Of a DNA stretch of 64,000 nucleotides, positions 8,926 through 18,841 are shown piece after piece. This DNA is from Spirochaetota bacterium (lineage in GTDB: Bacteria; Spirochaetota; JAHITG01; JAFGFC01): assembly GCA_016931325.1 (NCBI GenBank), contig JAFGFC010000051.1, forward strand, positions 12,639 through 76,638. Direction: 5' to 3'. Both the position numbers and the translations under genes were made by a program. The notes under the pieces were generated by a model, which ran no database searches, was not told the DNA's origin, and saw nothing but the letters and a program-made list of their open reading frames with translations. Within the stretch, counting starts at the first letter, position 1; each line of letters starts with the position of its first letter.

Positions 8926-10780
8926 ACGTAACCTGGTTCCTTCCTTTCTCCTTAGATTGATATAAGGCTTTATCTGCTCTTTCGATCAACTTTTTAGAAT
9001 CAATTGATGAATCCATGGACGAAGATACCCCTATGGAAATAGTCACCTTTAATTTTTTACCTCTGGATGTGGTAACCGTCATCTGCTGGACCTCTTTTCG
9101 GATCCTTTCGGCTGTATGCAAGGCATTTTCTTTATCGGTATCCGGCAAAAGAATGCCAAATTCTTCGCCGCCATAACGTCCGGCTATGTCATTTCTCACC
9201 CTGTTCTGGCGAATATGGGCCAGGATCACACCGGCCACTCTGGCCAGGACCAGATCCCCTACTTGATGGCCATAGGTGTCATTGAATTGTTTGAAATGAT
9301 CAATATCGGTCATTAACAATGATGTGGATCTTTTTTCCTTTCCGGCATTGGCCAGTTCGCTCTTTAACGTGCCCATAAAATACCGCCTTGCCATCAGTTT
9401 GGTCAGCTGATCCTCTGTGGCCTCTTTATACAATTTTTCATATTTCGATAATTCCTGTGTCAGCTGGTCTGCCAGATGATTGAAGGTATGGGCAAATTTA
9501 CCGAACTCGTCTGTCCTTTTCATCTTGATCCTGAATTTAAGGTCTTTCAATATCTCATCCGCCCCTTTATCCAGTTTATGGATGGGATAAACAATATAAA
9601 AGGCAAGGGCCAGCCCGGCTATAATACTGAATAAAAGGATCGTGGTTGAAGAAAAAATGCCCTGCATGAGAATAGGCGCTATTTTATGGCGTATGGCATC
9701 GTCCGATATGCCGATCTCATAATACCCCACCGTATTGTTGGCCCAGGTGATCTTTCTGAACATCCTGATAATATCAACATTATCATGAACGGGGAAGGCG
9801 CGGGCCTTGAAAAACAGCTTGGCTTCATAAAACTGTTTCAGGTCCTCATCAATCCTTTCAAGATTTTTCATGATATGGTTGATATTCTTCTTTACCTTGA
9901 ATATCAGATTTTGAAAGGGATATATTTCCTGGATGTTCCTCAAAGGCCTGGAAACATTTTTATTCTTTTCAAGGATATTGTCCATCCTTTTCATGCTTTC
10001 ATGCAATGACAGGTTGATCCTGTTAAGTGTTTTGATCCTTCTGTCCTGACTGCGTGATGACAGGTCAGAGTAGATGATGCTCAGCTTTTTTTCGTAGACC
10101 GGAGAACGTTCTTTTACCAGTTCCCGTAATTTATTAATCTGACGGACCTGTTCCGGGAGCAGCCTGTTGGCGTAATGAAAAAGAGCCCTCGCCTGCTTTA
10201 TCCTCTCTTTAATATTCTTAATCTGACCCATGATCTGGTTGGATGAAATGATCTGGTTGTTGATGCTGATAAATCGGTTAAAGTTGCTGTTGATAGAATA
10301 GAACTCCCTCATGTCCCTTTCATATTCTTCTCTGTAATCGTTCACCACATAATATTTTTCATTGACCGTGTCCACTTTTTCAAAGGCTTTTGAGCTCTTC
10401 CTTTTTATGACTCTTTTTCTGGTTTCCACCTCGTTGCGGGTTATTTCCAGTTCTCTTTTCCCCATGTCAAGCAGCACAAGATTCTTTTTATAGATGTACT
10501 CCGCGCGGTTAATAACATCAAGCACCTTAAGATAGATCAGCTCTTCATTGACATCAAACACCTTCAGGAGGATGACATTTAAATTCTCCAGGCCGGCATT
10601 ATTTAAAAGCTGCTCGGCGATGATATTGTTGTTGTTCTCCAGATTCTGGCTTATCCGGTGTATGATCTCGCTCTTTAACCTTGGTTTATACTGGGTATTG
10701 GAAAGATAAAGGATCGTGATACTCAGACTGAGCACGAGGAGGATAGTAAGGAATATAATAACCGTATATTTTATACTCAT
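8918..10780 (-). CDS. Membrane-anchored diguanylate cyclase (GGDEF) with a large coiled-coil-rich periplasmic region and a HAMP-like linker
   Basis: Two transmembrane segments. C-terminal GGDEF domain (DIDHFKQFNDTYGHQVGDLVL...RYGGEEFGILLPDT...KALYQSKEKGRNQV). Confidence 0.85.
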   Translation of the reverse strand: MSIKYTVIIFLTILLVLSLSITILYLSNTQYKPRLKSEIIHRISQNLENNNNIIAEQLLNNAGLENLNVILLKVFDVNEELIYLKVLDVINRAEYIYKKNLVLLDMGKRELEITRNEVETRKRVIKRKSSKAFEKVDTVNEKYYVVNDYREEYERDMREFYSINSNFNRFISINNQIISSNQIMGQIKNIKERIKQARALFHYANRLLPEQVRQINKLRELVKERSPVYEKKLSIIYSDLSSRSQDRRIKTLNRINLSLHESMKRMDNILEKNKNVSRPLRNIQEIYPFQNLIFKVKKNINHIMKNLERIDEDLKQFYEAKLFFKARAFPVHDNVDIIRMFRKITWANNTVGYYEIGISDDAIRHKIAPILMQGIFSSTTILLFSIIAGLALAFYIVYPIHKLDKGADEILKDLKFRIKMKRTDEFGKFAHTFNHLADQLTQELSKYEKLYKEATEDQLTKLMARRYFMGTLKSELANAGKEKRSTSLLMTDIDHFKQFNDTYGHQVGDLVLARVAGVILAHIRQNRVRNDIAGRYGGEEFGILLPDTDKENALHTAERIRKEVQQMTVTTSRGKKLKVTISIGVSSSMDSSIDSKKLIERADKALYQSKEKGRNQVTYG

Positions 10781-10889
10781 TTTGTAAAATGATCCAGGGT
10801 TGACCTTTAATAGTTTATCGCATTTTTAACAATTGTCAAGGATTGTTGAAAAAAATGATGATTTTTCAATTCTTTAGGTTATATTAAAA

Positions 10890-12356
10890 ATGGATATGCC
10901 AAGTAAAAAACCATGGCTTGAGCAAGTATTGTATGTTATGTGGGTGCTAACCGCTTTGATCCTGTCATTTTCATTCCTGTCGGCGGACATTTTTTTAAAC
11001 AAGGCGAAAAAAGTGCTAAACTTATCCGGAGTGGAGGACCGGATAAAGGAATTAAAGAATCCTTCTTCCCCTGCCAACGGGGAAGAAGAACCCATCGATG
11101 CGCGGGTGACAGTAAAGAAAAATCCTGACGGCACATGGCAGCTCTTTGTGGATGATAAACCATTTTTTATAAAGGGGATGATCTTTAACCCGGCCAAGAT
11201 CGGAGAGGACCCGGGGATCCCTAACCTGCGGGACTGGATGCTTTACGATGATAACGCTAACAGCACCAATGATATCGCCTTTGAGACCTGGGTGGACACG
11301 AATCTGAACAATATCAAGGATGCCACAGAACCTCTGGTTGGGGATTTCCAGCTCTTAAAAGATATGGGCTGTAATACCATCCGGCTCTATCATGTTCCGT
11401 CAGACAATCCTATCCTGGGCAATATCTACAAGATCGAACCCGGGGTCCAACTCCAGTATGATCATGCTGTGAATAAATCTCTTTTACGCAAACTCTACAA
11501 TGATTACGGTATTATGGTCATCATGAGCCATTTTCTGGGTTCATGGACCATCGGCGCCGGGGTCAGCTGGGCAGAAGGTTGTGATTATACAAACAGCACG
11601 CATCGGGAAAACATAAAAACTTCGGTCAGGGCCATGGTCCTGGACAATAAAGATGAACCCTATGTTCTCATGTGGCTTCTGGGGAATGAGAATAACATCG
11701 CTGATTTTTCTAAATGCAATGCGGTCCAGCATCCCGTGGCTTATGCCCAGCTTATAGGGGAACTGGCCCGGATGATCAAAGAGATTGACCCTCATCATCC
11801 TGTGGCGGTCTGCGACGGGGACGGATACCGCTGGTTCGCTGACCCCTTTAACACCTTGCGGGAATACCCTGATTACGCCCAGGCTGTTGATATTGTGGCT
11901 TTTAACTCTTACCATGGATCTAACGGTTTTAATCCCTATATCTGTTCCAATGTCAAATATACCTTTGACAGGCCCATCTTTTATTCCGAGTACGGCATGT
12001 TCGCCTATGATAATAATGTGGGATATGATGAGATGCTTCAAAAAAAATATCATACCAATTACTGGAAGGACATTGTTCTCCAGAGCGCCAGCAACCTGAA
12101 CATTCCACAGGAACAGTACGGGAATTGCATCGGCGGAGTGGTCTTTGACTGGTGCGACAGATGGCACATGGACGGCAATCCCTGGGCGCATGACGTCAGC
12201 ACGAACCCGGCCACTTATTCCCCCGATGGGTTAAGGCATGAAGAATGGTTCGGCGTCACCTCCATGGGAATCGGATCAGATACCTTGATGCGGCAGAAGA
12301 GGTCGGCCTATGATTATTATAAGAATGTCTGGAACAGGACCAATCTCACCTATTGA
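10890..12356 (+). CDS. Glycoside hydrolase, TIM-barrel clan GH-A (GH2/GH5-like), N-terminally membrane-anchored
   Basis: N-terminal transmembrane segment. Motif DEPYVLMWLLGNENN resembles the NHPSIIxWSLGNE acid/base region of clan GH-A enzymes. Family assignment is uncertain. Confidence 0.5.
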   Translation: MDMPSKKPWLEQVLYVMWVLTALILSFSFLSADIFLNKAKKVLNLSGVEDRIKELKNPSSPANGEEEPIDARVTVKKNPDGTWQLFVDDKPFFIKGMIFNPAKIGEDPGIPNLRDWMLYDDNANSTNDIAFETWVDTNLNNIKDATEPLVGDFQLLKDMGCNTIRLYHVPSDNPILGNIYKIEPGVQLQYDHAVNKSLLRKLYNDYGIMVIMSHFLGSWTIGAGVSWAEGCDYTNSTHRENIKTSVRAMVLDNKDEPYVLMWLLGNENNIADFSKCNAVQHPVAYAQLIGELARMIKEIDPHHPVAVCDGDGYRWFADPFNTLREYPDYAQAVDIVAFNSYHGSNGFNPYICSNVKYTFDRPIFYSEYGMFAYDNNVGYDEMLQKKYHTNYWKDIVLQSASNLNIPQEQYGNCIGGVVFDWCDRWHMDGNPWAHDVSTNPATYSPDGLRHEEWFGVTSMGIGSDTLMRQKRSAYDYYKNVWNRTNLTY

Positions 12357-12591
12357 CCCGGACATTTGATATCAACAGATATGATCGATCAATGGGGGGA
12401 TTATGGGAAGGTGCTTTTTTCAGGGGAAAATAAAAAACTTCCATTTGTTATGAGTATTTTTCATTCGAAAGGGCAAAAGGAGGTAATTGGGAAAGCCTCT
12501 TAAACGGAAAACACCCATAACAAATGGAAGCTATATGCTAACCTTTTCTCCCTTCAATAATATTATAACGCAATTTTCTGTTTTTATCAAG

Positions 12592-13968
12592 TCACTTTAC
12601 ATTAAAAGATTGAAAAAAATTATTCTTTTTATCCGAGAGCATGTCCCTTATATTGCCATTCACCATAACCTGATAGAAATTTTTATTGATCAGAAAAAGT
12701 TGGCTTTCAATAAGGCCTGTTCCTCCGAAAATACCGACTTTGAACTTGAGTCCCGGTGATCCTTTCATTTTAATAAAGTTCTTTTCGATCAGATGCCCCC
12801 CCACACTGTTAACAGAACCCCAGGCCGCGTTGGTAAGGATCTGGTTATGATCAATCTCCTTCTCCATAAGAGGGGGATAATCCTTGATCCAGCTCAACAT
12901 AAAAGCCATCTCGTCCATCTCACAGATCAGCATGTTCAAGATCATGGGTTTATCGTCTGTTGCCAATTCTGTTTTTTTAAAAACATATTTTCCCGGGAAT
13001 TCAATAGAGAAAGATTTATCGTCCGAGGTGTATTTCTTCCATTTGAATTTTTGCTTTTTAGGCAGCTTGATCCTGGCGATCTTCTTTCCCAGAGCCAAAC
13101 CGATCTTTTCTGCTTCACCTTCCATGGCCTTTAAAAGACCTTCCAGTATATTATTATTGAACCATTGGCCGTGCGGGGTTTTGAGAAACTCGATATACTC
13201 TTCCATCTCGTCATCAGACAGATCCTTGTAGATATACAAAACCGAGGTGACCATAACCGGCTCTATTTGTCTGTTTACAGAGTTTTTGACCTGTTCTGTG
13301 ATCATATTGATGGTCGCGGGAGGTAATTTCCTTTTTTTTGGAAGGCCTTTATTGATCCCTTCGGCCATTTTTTTAAAAATGACCTCGGATTTTTTCACAC
13401 CCCGTTCACTGATATCCAGAACCTTGACCATGGCTTTGGCCAGCTCTTTCCGGTCTTCATCCACAGGGCTGTCCTGTATCTGCATGGTATAGGCTAAAAG
13501 CCCGAAGGCCGCTTCAGGTTTTGAGCCTTCAATCTCCATCTCCGTGATCTTTTTCCCCAGATCGCTTTTCATCCAGGTCAGGCATTTTTCAGCATAGTTT
13601 TGAACATTGTTCTTTTTAAATTCTGCCCCTACGATCTTGAGCATATCATCAACCAGGAAATATTTATCAAAAGCGCTTTGGAAAAATCCCGCGACCTGCG
13701 CGTCACTCCTGACCCCCTGGGCAGCCATCTGTAAAGGAATAAGACCTCTTACCACATTGGGAATCGCTTCTATCTGCTGTGGAGTCCCGGATTCTTCCAA
13801 CAGCTCCCGGATCATTTTATCCTGATCTATATTCTCATCCGCTTTGAGATCAACTGAGAAAAGAAGGGAAAGAATGATTATTATTTTAAAAGCCACTTTA
13901 AAAATAATAATAACAGGCCAATATTTTTTTATGATCTTTTTATATTCTGTCCTTATCTCTTTTATCAT
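12592..13968 (-). CDS. Hypothetical membrane-anchored or secreted protein
   Basis: Long ORF with an N-terminal hydrophobic segment; no family recognised. The ORF extends to 14022; the later Met (MIKEIRTEY) is taken as the start. Confidence 0.4.
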   Translation of the reverse strand: MIKEIRTEYKKIIKKYWPVIIIFKVAFKIIIILSLLFSVDLKADENIDQDKMIRELLEESGTPQQIEAIPNVVRGLIPLQMAAQGVRSDAQVAGFFQSAFDKYFLVDDMLKIVGAEFKKNNVQNYAEKCLTWMKSDLGKKITEMEIEGSKPEAAFGLLAYTMQIQDSPVDEDRKELAKAMVKVLDISERGVKKSEVIFKKMAEGINKGLPKKRKLPPATINMITEQVKNSVNRQIEPVMVTSVLYIYKDLSDDEMEEYIEFLKTPHGQWFNNNILEGLLKAMEGEAEKIGLALGKKIARIKLPKKQKFKWKKYTSDDKSFSIEFPGKYVFKKTELATDDKPMILNMLICEMDEMAFMLSWIKDYPPLMEKEIDHNQILTNAAWGSVNSVGGHLIEKNFIKMKGSPGLKFKVGIFGGTGLIESQLFLINKNFYQVMVNGNIRDMLSDKKNNFFQSFNVK

Positions 13969-14076
13969 ATGATCCCCCGTATTATATTTTTCAAAGTATA
14001 CTATAATTTCTGTTAAAGTCAATAAAATAAACCCGATCTTTCATCCTGTTTTAATGTCTATAATGATATTTTTTTC

Positions 14077-14137
14077 TTGACATTTGATTAAAATATGATA
14101 ATTTTCATCATTGATAATTATTTGATAAGAATTATCA
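14077..14137 (+). promoter_or_regulatory. Sigma-70-like promoter (TTGACA-16-TAATTT) overlapped by three TGATAA(tt) repeats and a TGATAA-gaa-TTATCA palindrome
   Basis: Read directly in the sequence, upstream of the small RHH ORF at 14147. Confidence 0.4.
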
Positions 14138-14146
14138 TACACTGTA

Positions 14147-14347
14147 ATGAGAAAAGGTAAAATTGAAAGCGGTGTTATCCGCTTTGAAATACCGATAAAG
14201 AACAGTTCTACTACTCTTAACTGTCAAGAGTTAGAAGTGTTGCGCCATCTGGCTGAAAAAAACGGACTGAGCCTGAGGCGTTATGTGGCGGTTATTTTAA
14301 AAAAGGCCATCCATGAAGAGACAGAAAAACCAATAAAGATGTTTTAA
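14147..14347 (+). CDS. Small ribbon-helix-helix (CopG/ParD-like) DNA-binding protein
   Basis: 66 aa; the ELEVLRHLAEKNGLSLRRYVAVILKKAI segment has an RHH-like pattern. Directly followed by a second small ORF. Confidence 0.4.
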   Translation: MRKGKIESGVIRFEIPIKNSSTTLNCQELEVLRHLAEKNGLSLRRYVAVILKKAIHEETEKPIKMF

Positions 14348-14563
14348 ATGAAAAGCAGAAATGAAAAATTAATAAAGCTACTTGAGCAATATCATGCTCT
14401 GCCTGTAAAAGAACAGAAGAAATTAAAACCTGTATTTGACAAGACCATTTCAAGGCATCAGGAACTGGGCAAAAATTTCAAGGTGATACAGTATTATTTC
14501 ACAAATTACAGAGTAAGCCTTGAATTGGAACCAAAACAAATAACAACAACACCGATCATTTAA
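14348..14563 (+). CDS. Small hypothetical protein (71 aa), possible partner of the RHH protein
   Basis: Its start codon abuts the stop of the RHH ORF (TAA then ATG). No family recognised. Confidence 0.25.
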   Translation: MKSRNEKLIKLLEQYHALPVKEQKKLKPVFDKTISRHQELGKNFKVIQYYFTNYRVSLELEPKQITTTPII

Positions 14564-14633
14564 TCGCCATCCCGGGAATTCTCTTTGGGAGGGGAGCGTC
14601 CTTTTTTTACTTGATCTCCACCATTTTGTTTAT

Positions 14634-16394
14634 CTATTTTTTGTCATTAAATTCAAAATATTTGTTTTGATCCTTTAATCTCAGAAAGGTCAGGTATTGT
14701 TCCATTTTGCCCTTATAGTCAGACTCGGAAATATGTAAGAGTTCGCATTTGATATCCTCATATTTTGTGACAGGAACACTGTAGCTGATTACACCGGCAT
14801 CAAGAAGCACGGGATAGAATTGTTCAAATGAACTCACTTCGCCGCACAAGCAGACTTCTTTGCCCTGCTGTCTCCCGGAGCGTGTCACCATTTCTATCAT
14901 CCTGACAACGGAAGGGTGCATAATGTGATAGGATTCCTGTGAAGTTAAACTCTCCCTTGAGGCTGCCACAGAATACTGCAACAGATCATTTGTCCCGATA
15001 TTGGCAAAATCCACTTCTCTTAACAGTTGATCGGCCAGCATAACGGATGAGGGTGTCTCGAACATGATCCCCAGAGGGGGTAAGGAAAATTTTTTCCCTT
15101 CCTTTTTAAGCGAGCTGGCGGCTTCATCCACCAGGTTTTTGGCTATATACAGATCATCAATGTCCGCGACCATGGGGAAAAGTATTTTTACCTGGCCATG
15201 GACCGCAGAGCGTAAAATAGAGCGAACCTGAGTTATATAAACATCCTTATACATCGCGATGGCTCTGGCTCCCCTGATGTCTGATGTCTGCTTTCCTTTT
15301 ATCATGGCTTCGATAAAGGCAGGTGTTTTGTCCGGGCTGATATCTAACAGCCGGATAATAACGCTTTTTCCTGATGTTTGCTGAAGGATATTACGGTAAA
15401 TGGATATTTGTTCTTCCTCTGAAGGAACAGACTCTCCTCTCATGAAAATAAATTCGGTTCGTAAAAGTCCGATCCCGTCATAATGGATCCCTTTTGTTTC
15501 TTCTTCAATGACATATTTTTTTAACAGATCGATCTCCCCCATGGTGCTGATATTGACCTTCAGGTTGATCCTCAACCCCTCTTTTGTCTGAACAGGATGT
15601 TTGCGTTTTAACAGGCAAAAGTCTTTCCGTTTCTTCTGCTGTTCCTGTTTTTTTATATAACGATCAAGAGTTTTTTTATCCGGCCAGACATGGACTGTCC
15701 CCACAGTGCCGTCAACGATCATATCAGCATTACAATCTATCTGGTTAATATCGATCCCGAAAACGACCGGGACATCCATGCTCCTGGCTAAAATTGTAGC
15801 ATGGGATGTATACCCACCCTGATGGGTCACAAAAGCCAGCACATTCTCCCGTGGAATATGTAAAAGCATGGAGGGTGTGAGTCTCTCTGATACGACGATG
15901 ATGCCTTCTTTTTTATTCACGGGACAGGTAAACCGGCCCTGGGCCTGGCTGAAACTTTCAATCAAACGGTCACGGACATCTTTCACATCATGAGATATCT
16001 CTTCAAAATGAAGGCCATGACGGGTTAATCTTTTTATATAATCTTCAAAAACATCTTCCAGGGCATGTTCCGCATTAATATGCCTGGATTTGATCATGGC
16101 CTCTATCTTCTCTTTTATATGGGGATCGTTCAAAATCGCCAGATGAGCGGAGATAATACTTTTTCCTTCTTCACCAAAAAGATCCCGGGACCTGTCGACC
16201 ATATTTTCTAATTTTGAAGCCGCCAGAAGAAAGGCATTATTCAACCGTTTCAGCTCATTATCGATCTGACTTTCGGGGATTTTGTAATGCGGTATATTGA
16301 TATAATCGTCTAATGAATAGAGCCCGGCCTTGCCCAACGCGATGCCGACTGAGGCAGAGAGCCCTTTGAGTATTTTCATCTCTGGCGATCTCAT
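14634..16394 (-). CDS. ptsI: Phosphoenolpyruvate-protein phosphotransferase (PTS Enzyme I-like, PEP-utilizing enzyme)
   Basis: N-terminal GLSASVGIALGKAGLY matches the EI N-terminus. Phospho-His motif GGYTSHATILARSMDVPVV. C-terminal PEP-binding motif IGTNDLLQY. No HPr gene lies in the window. The start is set at MKILKGL (the ORF extends to 16457). Confidence 0.75.
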   Translation of the reverse strand: MRSPEMKILKGLSASVGIALGKAGLYSLDDYINIPHYKIPESQIDNELKRLNNAFLLAASKLENMVDRSRDLFGEEGKSIISAHLAILNDPHIKEKIEAMIKSRHINAEHALEDVFEDYIKRLTRHGLHFEEISHDVKDVRDRLIESFSQAQGRFTCPVNKKEGIIVVSERLTPSMLLHIPRENVLAFVTHQGGYTSHATILARSMDVPVVFGIDINQIDCNADMIVDGTVGTVHVWPDKKTLDRYIKKQEQQKKRKDFCLLKRKHPVQTKEGLRINLKVNISTMGEIDLLKKYVIEEETKGIHYDGIGLLRTEFIFMRGESVPSEEEQISIYRNILQQTSGKSVIIRLLDISPDKTPAFIEAMIKGKQTSDIRGARAIAMYKDVYITQVRSILRSAVHGQVKILFPMVADIDDLYIAKNLVDEAASSLKKEGKKFSLPPLGIMFETPSSVMLADQLLREVDFANIGTNDLLQYSVAASRESLTSQESYHIMHPSVVRMIEMVTRSGRQQGKEVCLCGEVSSFEQFYPVLLDAGVISYSVPVTKYEDIKCELLHISESDYKGKMEQYLTFLRLKDQNKYFEFNDKK

Positions 16395-16404
16395 CTTAAA
16401 TATC

Positions 16405-16971
16405 TTACGGCAGGATAATAGGGATGTAACCTCTTTCCATATGCTTTTTAAACGCATCGGCAGCGCCCAGAGAATAGAGGATCTCTATCGTTTGACCTGA
16501 CTGCAGGATCTTGTATTTTTCTCCCTTGATCCTGGCCGGCCTTGAAAATTTAATAAAGGTCCATCCGTCTTTTTCCTCACTGTTCAATAATTTAATATAC
16601 TTTTCTTTTTCCTGGATCGGTTCATGTCTGTATAATCCTGTGCCGTATTCATGTAAAAGAAAAGTTTCTCCATTTTTTACATATCCGAGGATGATCTCTG
16701 AATCTTTCATCTCTTTGCTTCGGCCAAAGCCTAAAGCGATATAGCCGGTGGTCTTGCCTTTCATTTCAACAATATAAAGATCGCTCTTTTTGTTATACTC
16801 TATCACTATTGTAAAATTACCTGTTTTACTCTGAAAGACACCTTTTTCTTTATCAAGCGTATACGTTCCATATTTATTCTTTAAAACTTTCTCTTTGGCT
16901 GTAAGAATAAACGGGAGAACAAAGAGGATCAGGATAAAAAGGGCTATTCTTCTGTTAAAGATTTTGGTCAT
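16405..16971 (-). CDS. Secreted protein, possibly DOMON-like
   Basis: Signal peptide present. The beta-rich pattern (YIALGFG, ILGYVKNG) is reminiscent of DOMON/heme-binding beta-sandwich domains. Weak call. Confidence 0.35.
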   Translation of the reverse strand: MTKIFNRRIALFILILFVLPFILTAKEKVLKNKYGTYTLDKEKGVFQSKTGNFTIVIEYNKKSDLYIVEMKGKTTGYIALGFGRSKEMKDSEIILGYVKNGETFLLHEYGTGLYRHEPIQEKEKYIKLLNSEEKDGWTFIKFSRPARIKGEKYKILQSGQTIEILYSLGAADAFKKHMERGYIPIILP

Positions 16972-17061
16972 GGAAATACCTCCTTATCTGGATTCATACG
17001 CAAATATATATTCATGAAAATTTATTTCAAGTAAAAAAAGGGATATCAGGAGGCCGGAATT

Positions 17062-17289
17062 TTAATATAAAAGTATAACCAGAGCAGCGTGGCAGGAAGC
17101 CAGGACAAAAGAGATGATCCCCAGTATCCGGTGCCATTTGAAGGAATTCTTTACTCTTTTTCTGAATACACCCAGAACAAGCGTCAAGAACACCATAGAA
17201 TAGGTCACGATACCCAGCGGTTTGATCCATTGCATTAATTCCATATTAACCTCACTTTTATTATTCAATGCGCGGTACAGTGGCGTCAA
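17062..17289 (-). CDS. Small two-transmembrane membrane protein with a conserved His in each helix (possible cytochrome b-like or DUF4405-like)
   Basis: Two hydrophobic helices with H residues (WHRILGIISFVLASCHAALVILLY). Overlaps the upstream gene. Confidence 0.3.
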   Translation of the reverse strand: MTPLYRALNNKSEVNMELMQWIKPLGIVTYSMVFLTLVLGVFRKRVKNSFKWHRILGIISFVLASCHAALVILLY

Positions 17290-18841
17290 AAGGGTTCAAA
17301 CCGATCATGGCAAAATATCGCCACAATGTACTGGAAATACAGAAGACAAATCTATATTTTTTCTCTTCACTGAAGGAACCGGCCAGTCCGTTGCCGATCC
17401 TGGATGACCGGGCCAGGGGCCACCAGTCATTAAAGGCGTAGACGAACTGCTTGTCTTTTATGATATGGGAAACATACGGGAGCTCGTTATTTTCCGAACG
17501 GGTTATTAAATCTATATATCGATTCATCTCATCAACATAAAACCTGTACTTTTTTAAGAATGATTCCGCTGCTCTGTTTTCTGATCTGCCCACAGCATAA
17601 TCAGCCAGCATATTGTAATCCAGAGCCATCTGTCCTGTGCCCTCCCACCAGATCATAGGTTGATCCCGCCTCTGGCTGTAGGCCTCTTTAATGGTAAAAT
17701 CAAATCCCCAGAATTTTTCCCCCTGCACCATAACCTCTACCCTGAATTTATCCTCTGCCTGTCTCACCAGTTCTATAGGATCTATGCCCATCCTGTCCAG
17801 GTCTTCAGGCCCGATCCCGCATATGGCCCATGAATTAACATCCAGGGCTTCGAGCGTATCCACAACATACTCCCATTTCCCCTTTACTTTGGTAGGGCCG
17901 TATCCACCCCGGTTAAAGGTTCCCCTCTGGTTCCAGGCTATTCTTTTGAACCAGTTTTGCGTGGCCAACTTTTCTTTCTCGATATCTTTAAAGGAAATAT
18001 CATTCTTTTTCATTATGGCCAGGACCCGGTTGTCTTTCATGTTGACCATGGCCAGACAATTCTTTAAAAAGGCATAATAGTCAATAATGTTCTCAGTGGA
18101 AAATACCTTCTGCCAGTCAGGTCCCCAACCGTATCCCATGCTGGGAGCGCCTCTTTCTCCCTGAGGCAATGTGTAATGCGTAAAATCCCTGGCCCAGTTG
18201 AACATCTTCATCACAAAATCAACAAATAAAAGCGATCGCGTTCTAAAATAATAAAACTGGGCCGCCAGCCCGACCCATATATTAGGACCGATATGGATCC
18301 TGTCCCCGTCAATACCCATAACCAGCTGGTTGTATTTTCCGGGTTTGGTATAAAAATAATGGTCAAACATGGTCACATCATAGGCATTAAAAAGCCCGAG
18401 ACAGTTGTTCTTCCTGAGTGAAAAATTATCCTCGAACAAATGCAGCATGTACTCGGCTTTTTCATAATCCTCCATATCGATCATGGCGATCAAGACCAGG
18501 GCATTGTCATACAAAAAAGCCTGACTGTCAAGGTATCCTTTTTCGGTGCGCATGAGAGGGATCTCAAGGAACCTGACATCTTCGATCCAGTTCGCGGTAC
18601 CGGTAAAACTCTGATAAAGCCCTGTTGTTTTTACCTCTATGGATTGTAAAAATCTTTTCAGCTTTTTTCTTTCATCACTGACACCGGGGAAGACCTTGTG
18701 AGACAAGATCAACAATAACAGGATGATCCAGATTACTTTTTTTGTATAAAGCGTCAGCATGATCTTTTTATTCCCTATCCGTATAATATATTTCATCAAG
18801 ATAGAATACTGATCCCTGGGAGTTATTCTGATAACTGACAA
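17261..18841 (-). CDS. Hypothetical membrane-anchored protein, possibly (alpha/alpha)6 glycosidase-like
   Basis: N-terminal transmembrane segment. Motifs AFLYDNALVLIAM, GYGWGPDW and WWEGTGQ suggest a six-hairpin glycosidase fold. Not firmly assignable. Confidence 0.35.
   Translation of the reverse strand: MSVIRITPRDQYSILMKYIIRIGNKKIMLTLYTKKVIWIILLLLILSHKVFPGVSDERKKLKRFLQSIEVKTTGLYQSFTGTANWIEDVRFLEIPLMRTEKGYLDSQAFLYDNALVLIAMIDMEDYEKAEYMLHLFEDNFSLRKNNCLGLFNAYDVTMFDHYFYTKPGKYNQLVMGIDGDRIHIGPNIWVGLAAQFYYFRTRSLLFVDFVMKMFNWARDFTHYTLPQGERGAPSMGYGWGPDWQKVFSTENIIDYYAFLKNCLAMVNMKDNRVLAIMKKNDISFKDIEKEKLATQNWFKRIAWNQRGTFNRGGYGPTKVKGKWEYVVDTLEALDVNSWAICGIGPEDLDRMGIDPIELVRQAEDKFRVEVMVQGEKFWGFDFTIKEAYSQRRDQPMIWWEGTGQMALDYNMLADYAVGRSENRAAESFLKKYRFYVDEMNRYIDLITRSENNELPYVSHIIKDKQFVYAFNDWWPLARSSRIGNGLAGSFSEEKKYRFVFCISSTLWRYFAMIGLNPFDATVPRIE

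Noticed and set aside
12487-12759. 90-aa ORF with a strong ribosome-binding site inside the inverted repeat-bracketed spacer
   Set aside because: It runs antisense through the 3' end of the 476-aa gene and has low-complexity composition. It is probably not a gene.
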